Positions 44,901 to 55,480 of a DNA stretch of 64,000 bases are shown piece after piece. Source of the DNA: Escherichia coli. Lineage in GTDB: Bacteria > Pseudomonadota > Gammaproteobacteria > Enterobacterales > Enterobacteriaceae. Both the position numbers and the translations under genes were made by a program. The stretch is from NCBI RefSeq assembly GCF_017348835.2, contig NZ_CP071375.1. One strand, written 5' to 3'. Position 1 is the stretch's first letter; each line of letters begins with the position of its first letter. The notes under the pieces were generated by a model. It did no database searches and was not told the origin of the DNA. It saw only the letters and a program-made list of their open reading frames with translations.

Positions 44901-45358
44901 CAACGATTACCGATTTCGATCGCAAAGAAGTGATCATCCCGAACAAAGCGTTTGTTACCGAGCGTCTGATCAACTGGTCGTTGACTGACACTACTACGCG
45001 TCTGGTGATCCGTCTCGGCGTGGCCTATGGCTCCGATCTGGAAAAAGTGCGTAAAGTGTTACTGAAGGCGGCGACTGAGCACCCAAGGGTGATGCACGAA
45101 CCAATGCCGGAAGTCTTCTTTACGGCGTTTGGTGCCAGCACGTTGGATCATGAGCTGCGTCTGTATGTGCGTGAACTGCGTGACCGTAGTCGTACTGTCG
45201 ATGAGCTGAACCGTACTATCGATCAGCTGTGCCGTGAAAACGACATCAACATTGCCTTTAACCAGCTTGAAGTGCATCTGCACAACGAGAAGGGCGATGA
45301 GGTGACGGAAGTAAAACGCGACTACAAAGGCGACGATCCGACGCCAGCGGTAGGGTAA
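41996..45358 (+). CDS. mscK: Potassium-dependent mechanosensitive channel MscK (KefA), 1120 aa
   Basis: ORF-track full length; signal peptide, long coiled-coil periplasmic region, C-terminal MscS-like domain. Confidence 0.95.
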   Translation: MTMFQYYKRSRHFVFSAFIAFVFVLLCQNTAFARASSNGDLPTKADLQAQLDSLNKQKDLSAQDKLVQQDLTDTLATLDKIDRVKEETVQLRQKVAEAPEKMRQATAALTALSDVDNDEETRKILSTLSLRQLETRVAQALDDLQNAQNDLASYNSQLVSLQTQPERVQNAMYNASQQLQQIRSRLDGTDVGETALRPSQKVLMQAQQALLNAEIDQQRKSLEGNTVLQDTLQKQRDYVTANSARLEHQLQLLQEAVNSKRLTLTEKTAQEAVSPDEAARIQANPLVKQELEINQQLSQRLITATENGNQLMQQNIKVKNWLERALQSERNIKEQIAVLKGSLLLSRILYQQQQTLPSADELENMTNRIADLRLEQFEVNQQRDALFQSDAFVNKLEEGHTNEVNSEVHDALLQVVDMRRELLDQLNKQLGNQLMMAINLQINQQQLMSVSKNLKSILTQQIFWVNSNRPMDWDWIKAFPQSLKDEFKSMKITVNWEKAWPAVFIAFLAGLPLLLIAGLIHWRLGWLKAYQQKLASAVGSLRNDSQLNTPKAILIDLIRALPVCLIILAVGLILLTMQLNISELLWSFSKKLAIFWLVFGLCWKVLEKNGVAVRHFGMPEQQTSHWRRQIVRISLALLPIHFWSVVAELSPLHLMDDVLGQAMIFFNLLLIAFLVWPMCRESWRDKESHTMRLVTITVLSIIPIALMVLTATGYFYTTLRLSGRWIETVYLVIIWNLLYQTVLRGLSVAARRIAWRRALARRQNLVKEGAEGAEPPEEPTIALEQVNQQTLRITMLLMFALFGVMFWAIWSDLITVFSYLDSITLWHYNGTEAGAAVVKNVTMGSLLFAIIASMVAWALIRNLPGLLEVLVLSRLNMRQGASYAITTILNYIIIAVGAMTVFGSLGVSWDKLQWLAAALSVGLGFGLQEIFGNFVSGLIILFERPVRIGDTVTIGSFSGTVSKIRIRATTITDFDRKEVIIPNKAFVTERLINWSLTDTTTRLVIRLGVAYGSDLEKVRKVLLKAATEHPRVMHEPMPEVFFTAFGASTLDHELRLYVRELRDRSRTVDELNRTIDQLCRENDINIAFNQLEVHLHNEKGDEVTEVKRDYKGDDPTPAVG

Positions 45359-45394
45359 TAACGAAAGGGGGCGACATTTTGTTGCCCCGAGATT

Positions 45395-45530
45395 GCTAAC
45401 AAAGTGCGCGTTGTTCATGCCGGATGCGGCGTGACCGCCTTATCCGGCCTACGAAACCGCAAAAATTCAATATATTGCAGGAGCGGTGTAGGCCTGATAA
45501 GCGTAGCGCATCAGGCAGTTTTGCGTTTGC
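45395..45530. repeat. REP/BIME: two inverted REP units after mscK
   Basis: GCCGGATGCGGCGTGACCGCCTTATCCGGCCTAC and inverted GTAGGCCTGATAAGCGTAGCGCATCAGGCA. Confidence 0.8.
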
Positions 45531-45569
45531 CCGCAACCTTAGGGGACATTTAGCCACCCCATTTATTTC

Positions 45570-45731
45570 TCACTTTTCCGCCTCATCATCGCGCGTTAAT
45601 TTCTTTTCATAATCGCGTTTTACAATATCCAGCGCGCGCAGCACGGTACTGGCAGGGATCTGATTTTCCTCCAGCAGCACAATCAAATCGACAGCCAGTT
45701 TGACATCGTCAGGGGCATTTTCCAGTGACAT
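45570..45731 (-). CDS. ybaM: Small protein YbaM (DUF2496), 53 aa; below ORF-track size cutoff
   Basis: Manual translation of minus strand: [53 protein letters not shown]; stop position frame-checked against overlapping plus-strand ORF. Confidence 0.8.
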
Positions 45732-45744
45732 ACTCTCTCCATTG

Positions 45745-46272
45745 CTAGCGGGTTAAACGCGCTAACCTGTTTTCGATTTTTTCCAGCGCATGGCGACACC
45801 GCGCCAGGCGCGCTTCATAGGCTTCCACTTCACGATGCAGCGTTTGCTGTTCCACGAGATCGGTCACCCGCGCCAGGCGGGCTCTGCGTTCGGCAACCAT
45901 CTCACGTAGCCGCCGCTCAAAATCCTGATGCTGAATACGTTTACGCTGCCAGCGGGCAATTTTCGGTGGCGCACTGTCCCACTCGCGCAATGACCAGGCG
46001 GAGGCTTCACGCGCGATGGCTTCCAGTTGTGCCGCCAGATGTTCCGCCAGCCAGGCCACTTGCGGCAGCTGTTGCTGCTCAACTGCATGACGAAGCGCAG
46101 CCAGATTATCGCCCGCCTCGTCGAGACAAGCCTGTAGTGTTGTCGCACGAGTCTGAAAAAGATGCCCGTCGAAACGAGCACTTAGCGTGGCGAACTGTGA
46201 CACCGGGGCACAACGCTGACGCAGCGTAGCGAGCTGTCCTTCCAGTTTTTCCAGCAGCAGGGCGGTTTTCAC
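45745..46272 (-). CDS. priC: Primosomal replication protein N'' PriC, 175 aa
   Basis: ORF-track full length; [27 protein letters not shown]. Confidence 0.93.
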
Positions 46273-46341
46273 GATAAGACCTCAATGAAAATGATAATTG
46301 TTATGCTAAAGTAGCCACTCTGTAAGCTGACAACACTCAAT

Positions 46342-46719
46342 ATGCAACGAATCATTTTAATCATCATTGGCTGGCTGGCGGTAGTGCTGGGTACGCTGGG
46401 CGTGGTATTACCGGTATTACCGACGACGCCGTTTATCCTGCTGGCGGCCTGGTGCTTTGCCCGTTCTTCCCCGCGCTTTCACGCCTGGTTGCTGTACCGC
46501 TCATGGTTTGGCAGCTATCTACGTTTCTGGCAGAAACATCATGCGATGCCGCGCGGCGTCAAACCGCGGGCGATTTTGCTTATTTTGCTCACGTTTGCCA
46601 TTTCTCTGTGGTTCGTCCAGATGCCATGGGTGCGCATCATGTTGCTGGTAATTCTCGCCTGTTTGCTTTTCTATATGTGGCGAATTCCGGTGATTGATGA
46701 AAAGCAAGAAAAGCACTGA
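46342..46719 (+). CDS. ybaN: Inner membrane protein YbaN (DUF454), 125 aa
   Basis: ORF-track full length; hydrophobic TM segments. Confidence 0.9.
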
Positions 46720-46871
46720 AGCACAACAATCGCAGTTGCAATTATTGCGTACAGCCAGTACATTCTGGCGTTTTCGAGCACAGGCGCAGGCGGTCAAAGG
46801 TTAAACAACTGTTACTTTTGATACGTTTAAAACGCGCCGTGAGTACCACCGTAACAAGCAGGCATACACTT

Positions 46872-47423
46872 ATGACCGCGACTGCACAGCAGCTTGAGTA
46901 TCTCAAAAATAGCATCAAAAGCATTCAGGACTACCCAAAACCCGGCATTCTTTTCCGCGATGTCACCAGCTTACTGGAAGACCCGAAAGCTTACGCTCTC
47001 AGCATCGACTTGCTGGTTGAGCGTTACAAAAATGCGGGCATTACCAAAGTTGTCGGCACCGAAGCGCGTGGCTTCTTGTTTGGCGCTCCGGTAGCTCTGG
47101 GTCTGGGCGTTGGCTTTGTGCCGGTCCGTAAACCGGGCAAACTGCCGCGTGAAACCATCAGTGAAACTTACGACCTGGAATACGGCACCGATCAGCTGGA
47201 AATCCACGTTGATGCCATCAAACCGGGCGACAAAGTTCTGGTGGTGGACGATCTGCTGGCAACCGGCGGCACTATCGAAGCGACCGTTAAACTGATCCGT
47301 CGTCTGGGTGGTGAAGTGGCTGACGCTGCGTTCATTATCAACCTGTTCGATCTCGGCGGCGAACAGCGTCTCGAAAAACAGGGCATTACCAGCTACAGCC
47401 TTGTCCCGTTCCCGGGCCATTAA
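46872..47423 (+). CDS. apt: Adenine phosphoribosyltransferase Apt, 183 aa
   Basis: ORF-track 46818..47423; start at [30 protein letters not shown]; PRPP-binding motif [13 protein letters not shown]. Confidence 0.95.
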
Positions 47424-47551
47424 TTATCGCCAGTCTTGTGCTGCCCACGCTACGGACAGCACAAGATGTGCATTCAGCCTCGCCGTTCTGACGGGGCTGT
47501 GTTAGCATTACCCCTTCGTGAATCCACCTTCCAGCGTTTCAGAGCCTGCCA

Positions 47552-48846
47552 ATGAGTTATCAGGTCTTAGCCCGAAAATGGCGCCCACAAACCTTTGCTG
47601 ACGTCGTCGGCCAGGAACATGTGCTGACCGCACTGGCGAACGGCTTGTCGTTAGGGCGTATTCATCATGCTTATCTTTTTTCCGGTACCCGTGGCGTCGG
47701 AAAAACCTCTATCGCCCGACTGCTGGCGAAGGGGCTAAACTGCGAAACCGGCATTACCGCGACGCCGTGCGGCGTGTGCGATAACTGTCGTGAAATCGAG
47801 CAGGGGCGCTTTGTCGATCTGATTGAAATCGACGCCGCCTCGCGCACCAAAGTTGAAGATACCCGCGACCTGCTGGATAACGTCCAGTACGCTCCGGCGC
47901 GTGGTCGTTTCAAAGTTTATCTCATCGACGAAGTGCATATGCTGTCGCGCCACAGCTTTAACGCACTGTTAAAAACTCTTGAAGAGCCGCCGGAGCACGT
48001 TAAGTTTCTGCTGGCGACGACCGATCCACAGAAATTGCCGGTGACGATTTTGTCGCGCTGTTTGCAATTTCATCTCAAGGCGCTGGATGTCGAGCAAATT
48101 CGCCATCAACTTGAGCACATCCTCAATGAAGAACATATCGCTCACGAGCCGCGGGCGCTGCAATTGCTGGCGCGCGCCGCTGAAGGCAGCCTGCGAGATG
48201 CCTTAAGTCTGACCGACCAGGCGATTGCCAGCGGTGACGGCCAGGTTTCAACCCAGGCGGTCAGTGCGATGCTGGGTACGCTTGACGACGATCAGGCGCT
48301 GTCGCTGGTTGAAGCGATGGTCGAGGCCAACGGCGAGCGCGTAATGGCACTGATTAATGAAACCGCTGCCCGTGGTATCGAGTGGGAAGCGTTGCTGGTG
48401 GAAATGCTCGGCTTGTTGCATCGTATTGCGATGGTACAACTTTCGCCTGCTGCACTTGGCAACGACATGGCCGCCATCGAGCTGCGGATGCGTGAACTGG
48501 CGCGCACCATACCGCCGACGGATATTCAGCTTTACTATCAGACGCTGTTGATTGGTCGCAAAGAATTACCGTATGCGCCGGACCGCCGTATGGGCGTTGA
48601 GATGACGCTGCTGCGCGCGCTGGCGTTCCATCCGCGTATGCCGCTGCCTGAGCCAGAAGTGCCACGCCAGTCCTTTGCACCCGTCGCGCCAACGGCAGTA
48701 ATGACGCCACCCCAGGTGCCGCCGCAACCGCAATCAGCGCCGCAGCAGGCACCGACTGTACCGCTCCCGGAAACCACCAGCCAGGTGCTGGCGGCGCGCC
48801 AGCAGTTGCAGCGCGTGCAGGGAGCAACCAAAGCAAAAAAGAGTGA
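47552..48846 (+). CDS. dnaX: DNA polymerase III gamma subunit, 431 aa, produced by programmed -1 frameshift at 48835-48841 then Glu and TGA stop at 48844-48846
   Basis: Slippery heptamer A AAA AAG in frame at codons 428-430; -1 frame reads GAG TGA immediately after; established mechanism. Confidence 0.85.
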
Positions 48847-49483
48847 ACCGGCAGCCGCTACCCGCGCGCGGCCGGTGAATAACGCTGCGCTGGAAAGACT
48901 GGCTTCGGTCACCGATCGCGTTCAGGCGCGTCCGGTGCCATCGGCGCTGGAAAAAGCGCCAGCCAAAAAAGAAGCGTATCGCTGGAAGGCGACCACTCCG
49001 GTGATGCAGCAAAAAGAAGTGGTCGCCACACCGAAGGCGCTGAAAAAAGCGCTGGAACATGAAAAAACGCCGGAACTGGCGGCGAAGCTGGCGGCAGAAG
49101 CCATTGAGCGCGACGCGTGGGCGGCTCAGGTGAGTCAACTTTCGCTACCAAAACTGGTCGAACAGGTGGCGTTAAATGCCTGGAAAGAGGAGAGTGATAA
49201 CGCAGTATGTTTGCATTTGCGCTCCTCTCAGCGGCATTTGAACAACCGCGGTGCACAGCAAAAACTGGCTGAAGCGTTGAGCATGTTAAAAGGTTCAACG
49301 GTTGAACTGACTATCGTTGAAGATGATAATCCCGCGGTGCGTACGCCGCTGGAGTGGCGTCAGGCGATATACGAAGAAAAACTTGCGCAGGCGCGCGAGT
49401 CCATTATTGCGGATAATAATATTCAGACCCTGCGTCGGTTTTTCGATGCGGAGCTGGATGAAGAAAGTATCCGCCCCATTTGA
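47552..49483 (+). CDS. dnaX: DNA polymerase III tau subunit DnaX, 643 aa (full-length product)
   Basis: ORF-track full length; Walker A GTRGVGKTS; zinc-binding CGVCDNC. Confidence 0.97.
   Translation: MSYQVLARKWRPQTFADVVGQEHVLTALANGLSLGRIHHAYLFSGTRGVGKTSIARLLAKGLNCETGITATPCGVCDNCREIEQGRFVDLIEIDAASRTKVEDTRDLLDNVQYAPARGRFKVYLIDEVHMLSRHSFNALLKTLEEPPEHVKFLLATTDPQKLPVTILSRCLQFHLKALDVEQIRHQLEHILNEEHIAHEPRALQLLARAAEGSLRDALSLTDQAIASGDGQVSTQAVSAMLGTLDDDQALSLVEAMVEANGERVMALINETAARGIEWEALLVEMLGLLHRIAMVQLSPAALGNDMAAIELRMRELARTIPPTDIQLYYQTLLIGRKELPYAPDRRMGVEMTLLRALAFHPRMPLPEPEVPRQSFAPVAPTAVMTPPQVPPQPQSAPQQAPTVPLPETTSQVLAARQQLQRVQGATKAKKSEPAAATRARPVNNAALERLASVTDRVQARPVPSALEKAPAKKEAYRWKATTPVMQQKEVVATPKALKKALEHEKTPELAAKLAAEAIERDAWAAQVSQLSLPKLVEQVALNAWKEESDNAVCLHLRSSQRHLNNRGAQQKLAEALSMLKGSTVELTIVEDDNPAVRTPLEWRQAIYEEKLAQARESIIADNNIQTLRRFFDAELDEESIRPI
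48835..48875 (+). other. dnaX: dnaX programmed ribosomal frameshift cassette: slippery site A_AAA_AAG (48835-48841) plus downstream stem-loop CCGGCAGCCGCTACCCGCGCGCGGCCGG (48848-48875)
   Basis: Heptamer and GC-rich hairpin 6 nt downstream read directly; frame verified from the dnaX start. Confidence 0.9.
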
Positions 49484-49520
49484 TCGTAAGCACAGCTTAC
49501 GTTCGTCATCCTTAACGTGA

Positions 49521-49864
<344 letters not shown>

Positions 49865-49865
<1 letters not shown>

Positions 49866-50470
49866 TGCAAACCAGCCCGCTGTTAACACAGCTTATGGAA
49901 GCACTGCGCTGTCTGCCGGGCGTTGGCCCGAAGTCGGCGCAGCGTATGGCGTTCACGCTGCTTCAGCGCGATCGTAGCGGCGGGATGCGTCTGGCGCAGG
50001 CGCTCACCCGGGCGATGTCGGAAATCGGCCACTGCGCCGATTGCCGCACTTTCACCGAACAGGAAGTCTGTAACATCTGTTCGAATCCGCGTCGTCAGGA
50101 AAACGGTCAAATCTGTGTGGTGGAGAGTCCGGCGGACATTTACGCCATTGAGCAGACGGGGCAGTTTTCAGGTCGTTATTTTGTGTTGATGGGGCATCTG
50201 TCACCGCTGGACGGCATCGGTCCGGATGATATCGGGCTTGATCGTCTGGAACAGCGTCTGGCAGAGGAAAAAATCACTGAAGTGATCCTCGCCACCAATC
50301 CCACGGTTGAAGGTGAAGCTACCGCTAACTACATTGCCGAGCTTTGCGCGCAATATGACGTGGAAGCCAGCCGAATCGCTCATGGCGTACCGGTTGGCGG
50401 CGAACTGGAAATGGTCGATGGCACCACGTTGTCGCATTCCCTTGCCGGGCGTCATAAGATTCGTTTTTAA
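49865..50470 (+). CDS. recR: Recombination protein RecR, 201 aa
   Basis: ORF-track full length; C4 zinc finger ([16 protein letters not shown]); Toprim region; start overlaps ybaB stop (TGATG). Confidence 0.96.
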
Positions 50471-50499
50471 GCAAACGAGAGCAGGATCACCTGCTCTCG

Positions 50500-50528
50500 C
50501 TTGAAATTATTCTCCCTTGTCCCCATCT
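50500..50528 (+). promoter_or_regulatory. Sigma-32 (heat-shock) promoter of htpG: -35 CTTGAAA, 15-bp spacer, -10 CCCCATCT
   Basis: Near-consensus sigma-32 elements read about 50-80 nt upstream of htpG ATG. Confidence 0.7.
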
Positions 50529-50579
50529 CTCCCTCATCCTGTTTTTAACCTTAAAATGGCATTATTGAGGTAGACCTAC

Positions 50580-52454
50580 ATGAAAGGACAAGAAACTCGT
50601 GGTTTTCAGTCAGAAGTGAAACAGCTTCTGCACCTGATGATCCATTCTCTCTATTCCAATAAAGAAATCTTCCTGCGTGAGCTTATCTCTAACGCCTCCG
50701 ATGCGGCGGACAAGCTGCGTTTCCGTGCGCTCTCTAACCCGGACCTGTACGAAGGTGATGGCGAACTGCGCGTTCGTGTCTCTTTCGATAAAGACAAGCG
50801 CACGCTGACCATCTCCGATAACGGCGTGGGGATGACCCGCGACGAAGTGATTGACCATCTGGGGACTATCGCTAAATCCGGTACCAAATCATTCCTCAAA
50901 TCCCTGGGTTCTGACCAGGCGAAAGACAGCCAGCTGATCGGTCAGTTTGGTGTTGGTTTCTACTCTGCGTTTATCGTGGCCGACAAAGTGACCGTGCGTA
51001 CTCGCGCGGCAGGCGAAAAACCACAAAATGGCGTCTTCTGGGAATCGGCTGGCGAAGGTGAATACACCGTTGCCGACATCACCAAAGAAGATCGTGGTAC
51101 TGAAATCACCCTGCATCTGCGTGAAGGCGAAGACGAGTTCCTCGATGACTGGCGCGTGCGTTCCATCATCAGCAAATACTCCGACCATATCGCGCTGCCG
51201 GTAGAGATCGAAAAACGCGAAGAGAAAGATGGCGAAACCGTTATCTCCTGGGAAAAAATCAACAAAGCGCAGGCGCTGTGGACTCGTAACAAGTCGGAAA
51301 TCACCGATGAAGAGTATAAAGAGTTCTACAAACACATCGCCCACGACTTTAACGATCCGCTGACCTGGAGCCACAACCGCGTTGAAGGTAAGCAGGAGTA
51401 CACCAGCCTGCTGTACATCCCGTCCCAGGCTCCGTGGGATATGTGGAACCGTGATCATAAACACGGCCTGAAACTGTATGTTCAGCGTGTGTTCATCATG
51501 GACGACGCAGAACAGTTCATGCCGAACTATCTGCGCTTCGTGCGTGGTCTGATTGACTCCAGCGATCTGCCGCTGAACGTTTCCCGTGAAATCCTCCAGG
51601 ACAGCACGGTAACGCGTAACCTGCGCAATGCGCTGACCAAGCGTGTGCTGCAAATGCTGGAAAAACTGGCGAAAGACGACGCGGAAAAATACCAGACCTT
51701 CTGGCAACAGTTTGGCCTGGTACTGAAAGAAGGTCCGGCGGAAGATTTCGCTAACCAGGAAGCGATCGCCAAACTGCTGCGTTTTGCTTCTACTCATACC
51801 GATTCTTCTGCGCAGACCGTGTCCCTGGAAGACTACGTTTCCCGCATGAAAGAAGGGCAGGAGAAAATCTACTACATCACTGCAGACAGCTATGCGGCAG
51901 CGAAGAGCAGCCCGCACCTGGAACTGCTGCGTAAGAAAGGCATCGAAGTTCTGCTGCTTTCCGACCGCATCGATGAGTGGATGATGAACTATCTGACTGA
52001 GTTCGACGGTAAACCGTTCCAGTCGGTGTCTAAAGTTGACGAGTCGCTGGAAAAACTGGCTGACGAAGTTGATGAGAGCGCGAAAGAAGCGGAGAAAGCA
52101 CTGACTCCGTTCATCGACCGTGTGAAAGCCCTGCTCGGCGAGCGCGTGAAAGATGTCCGTCTGACTCACCGTCTGACCGATACGCCAGCGATCGTTTCGA
52201 CCGACGCGGACGAAATGAGCACTCAGATGGCGAAACTGTTCGCTGCGGCGGGCCAGAAAGTGCCAGAAGTGAAATACATCTTCGAACTGAACCCGGATCA
52301 CGTACTGGTGAAACGTGCGGCAGATACTGAAGATGAAGCGAAGTTCAGCGAGTGGGTAGAACTGCTGCTGGATCAGGCGCTGCTGGCAGAACGCGGCACG
52401 CTGGAAGATCCGAACCTGTTTATTCGTCGTATGAACCAGCTGCTGGTTTCCTGA
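50580..52454 (+). CDS. htpG: Chaperone HtpG (Hsp90), 624 aa
   Basis: ORF-track full length; GHKL ATPase N-terminal motifs ([17 protein letters not shown]). Confidence 0.97.
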   Translation: MKGQETRGFQSEVKQLLHLMIHSLYSNKEIFLRELISNASDAADKLRFRALSNPDLYEGDGELRVRVSFDKDKRTLTISDNGVGMTRDEVIDHLGTIAKSGTKSFLKSLGSDQAKDSQLIGQFGVGFYSAFIVADKVTVRTRAAGEKPQNGVFWESAGEGEYTVADITKEDRGTEITLHLREGEDEFLDDWRVRSIISKYSDHIALPVEIEKREEKDGETVISWEKINKAQALWTRNKSEITDEEYKEFYKHIAHDFNDPLTWSHNRVEGKQEYTSLLYIPSQAPWDMWNRDHKHGLKLYVQRVFIMDDAEQFMPNYLRFVRGLIDSSDLPLNVSREILQDSTVTRNLRNALTKRVLQMLEKLAKDDAEKYQTFWQQFGLVLKEGPAEDFANQEAIAKLLRFASTHTDSSAQTVSLEDYVSRMKEGQEKIYYITADSYAAAKSSPHLELLRKKGIEVLLLSDRIDEWMMNYLTEFDGKPFQSVSKVDESLEKLADEVDESAKEAEKALTPFIDRVKALLGERVKDVRLTHRLTDTPAIVSTDADEMSTQMAKLFAAAGQKVPEVKYIFELNPDHVLVKRAADTEDEAKFSEWVELLLDQALLAERGTLEDPNLFIRRMNQLLVS

Positions 52455-52457
52455 TGT

Positions 52458-52495
52458 AATGCCGGATGACCTTCGTGTCATCCGGCATTTTTCTT
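52458..52495 (+). terminator. htpG intrinsic terminator (ATGCCGGATGAC...GTCATCCGGCAT followed by T-run)
   Basis: Long inverted repeat immediately after stop, followed by TTTTTCTTTT. Confidence 0.75.
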
Positions 52496-52562
52496 TTCAT
52501 CATCTGCACTTTCCGCAAATTATCTCGCCATTAACCGTTTCAGCCTCAGGTGCCTTTCTTGA

Positions 52563-53279
<717 letters not shown>

Positions 53280-53410
53280 TCAAGCCGCAGCAGATCTGCT
53301 TTCGGGCAGGTCTGCTCATCCACCTCAGGCAATACCTCTCACAGCAATTAGTTCTTCTTCCTCACTTTTCCGCTACAATTATCAACAAGTTGAATCGATA
53401 AGAGGCGGTA

Positions 53411-54373
53411 ATGCGTCAGACTAAAACCGGTATCCTGCTGGCAAACCTGGGTACGCCCGATGCCCCCACACCTGAAGCGGTAAAACGCTATCTGAAACAA
53501 TTTTTAAGCGACAGACGCGTGGTTGATACCTCACGGTTGTTATGGTGGCCATTGCTGCGCGGCGTGATTTTGCCGCTGCGCTCGCCGCGTGTGGCGAAGC
53601 TGTATGCCTCTGTCTGGATGGAAGGTGGCTCGCCACTGATGGTTTACAGCCGCCAGCAACAGCAGGCGCTGGCACAACGTTTACCGGAGACGCCCGTAGC
53701 GCTGGGAATGAGCTACGGCTCGCCATCACTGGAAAGCGCCGTAGACGAACTCCTGGCAGAGCATGTAGATCATATTGTGGTGCTGCCGCTTTATCCGCAA
53801 TTCTCCTGTTCTACGGTCGGTGCGGTATGGGATGAACTGGCACGCATTCTGGCGCGCAAACGTAGCATTCCGGGGATATCGTTTATACGTGATTACGCCG
53901 ATAACCACGATTACATTAATGCACTGGCGAACAGCGTACGCACTTCTTTTGCCAAACATGGCGAACCGGATCTGCTACTGCTCTCTTATCATGGCATTCC
54001 CCAGCGTTATGCAGATGAAGGCGATGATTACCCGCAACGTTGCCGCACAACGACTCGTGAACTGGCTTCCGCATTGGGGATGGCACCGGAAAAAGTGATG
54101 ATGACCTTTCAGTCGCGCTTTGGTCGGGAACCCTGGCTGATGCCTTATACCGACGAAACGCTGAAAATGCTCGGAGAAAAAGGCGTAGGTCATATTCAGG
54201 TGATGTGTCCGGGCTTTGCTGCGGATTGTCTGGAGACGCTGGAAGAGATTGCCGAGCAAAACCGTGAGGTCTTCCTCGGTGCCGGCGGGAAAAAATATGA
54301 ATATATTCCGGCGCTTAATGCCACGCCGGAACATATCGAAATGATGGCTAATCTTGTTGCCGAGTATCGCTAA
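53411..54373 (+). CDS. hemH: Ferrochelatase HemH, 320 aa
   Basis: ORF-track full length; [28 protein letters not shown]. Confidence 0.95.
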   Translation: MRQTKTGILLANLGTPDAPTPEAVKRYLKQFLSDRRVVDTSRLLWWPLLRGVILPLRSPRVAKLYASVWMEGGSPLMVYSRQQQQALAQRLPETPVALGMSYGSPSLESAVDELLAEHVDHIVVLPLYPQFSCSTVGAVWDELARILARKRSIPGISFIRDYADNHDYINALANSVRTSFAKHGEPDLLLLSYHGIPQRYADEGDDYPQRCRTTTRELASALGMAPEKVMMTFQSRFGREPWLMPYTDETLKMLGEKGVGHIQVMCPGFAADCLETLEEIAEQNREVFLGAGGKKYEYIPALNATPEHIEMMANLVAEYR

Positions 54374-55329
54374 AGCTGAGCGGTAAAGAACTGAGCGCCG
54401 TCGCGAAGAGCCTCGTCGGCGGTTTTCATCATCCGTGAATAATGCAAAAAGGCGTGCAGTGTGCCTGGGTAGAGTTTGAACTCACAGGGCTGCTGATGCG
54501 CCGCTAACGTCTGGTAAAGCAGACGGCTGTCATCCAGCAGCGGATCGAACTCCGCCCCGGCAATAAAACAGGGCGGAACTTCGCGAGTGAGATCATTATT
54601 AAACAGACAGTAATACGGCGACTCGCGGTCCGCGTCGTTGCTTAAATACGCCTCTTCATACATCTGCAAATCCTGTTGCGTTAAGCCATCCCAGACACCG
54701 CCCAACAGACGACGAGTCACGGAATCCCGTAATCCGTAAAGCCCATACCACAGCAAAACACCCGCAACTTTACCGCAATCGATCTGTTTATCACGCAACC
54801 ACAACGCACTGGCGAGCGCCAGCATGGCACCTGCGGAATCACCGGCAAAGCCAATGCGGGACATATTGATTTGATAATCCTCCACCTGCTGGTGGAAATA
54901 ACAACAAGCAGCCACAATTTCCTCTATCGCTTGCGGAAAACGCGCTTCAGGTGAAAGGGTGTAATCAATACCAATCACCGTACATTGGCTGTAGCTTGCC
55001 AGCAGGCGCATGATGCGATCGTGGGTATCGAGATTGCCGAGAATAAAACCGCCTCCATGCAAATAAAATAGCGTCGCTGGGCTATCTGGCTGCGGACAAA
55101 AGAGACGTGTTTCCACCTGCCCATATTTTGTGGGAACCATGTAAGCTCTGGTTGCCATTTCTGGAGCGCCCGCATTCCAGAATCGGCGCTCAAGCGTGTA
55201 ATACTGTCGTTGCTCAGCAATCGTTCCCGTTGCGGGCCAGGGCGGTAAATCCGGCTGAAGAGTATTCACAACGGTCTTCATTTCAGCAGAAATAAGGTCC
55301 AGAACAGGTAATTTGTTTTCCGGCTTCAT
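54370..55329 (-). CDS. aes: Acetyl esterase Aes (alpha/beta hydrolase, HSL family), 319 aa
   Basis: ORF-track full length; oxyanion motif HGGGF and nucleophile elbow GDSAG. Confidence 0.95.
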   Translation of the reverse strand: MKPENKLPVLDLISAEMKTVVNTLQPDLPPWPATGTIAEQRQYYTLERRFWNAGAPEMATRAYMVPTKYGQVETRLFCPQPDSPATLFYLHGGGFILGNLDTHDRIMRLLASYSQCTVIGIDYTLSPEARFPQAIEEIVAACCYFHQQVEDYQINMSRIGFAGDSAGAMLALASALWLRDKQIDCGKVAGVLLWYGLYGLRDSVTRRLLGGVWDGLTQQDLQMYEEAYLSNDADRESPYYCLFNNDLTREVPPCFIAGAEFDPLLDDSRLLYQTLAAHQQPCEFKLYPGTLHAFLHYSRMMKTADEALRDGAQFFTAQL

Positions 55330-55480
55330 ACAAAAACTCCTTTCAAATTACGTCATTGTAAGGAACCACTGCCATGAAAATGCGATCCCGCCTGCTGATA
55401 TTGAAACTGGCTGCGTCTCGCGCGCTCCCGTCAGATTGTGTTAACATTCGCCGCTCAGTTAACCACCCGTAAAAACAACC

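Noticed and set aside
45361-45390. Possible mscK terminator hairpin GGGGCGAC-ATTTT-GTTGCCCC
   Set aside because: Stem has a mismatch and is not followed by a U-tract; termination is more likely associated with the downstream REP/BIME, so it was not annotated as a terminator
48354-48836. 160-aa Ala/Pro-rich minus-strand ORF inside dnaX
   Set aside because: Antisense to the GC-rich Pro/Ala linker region of tau; compositional artefact
50889-52481. 530-aa antisense ORF spanning htpG
   Set aside because: Same reasoning: antisense shadow of htpG, low-complexity product, no start context
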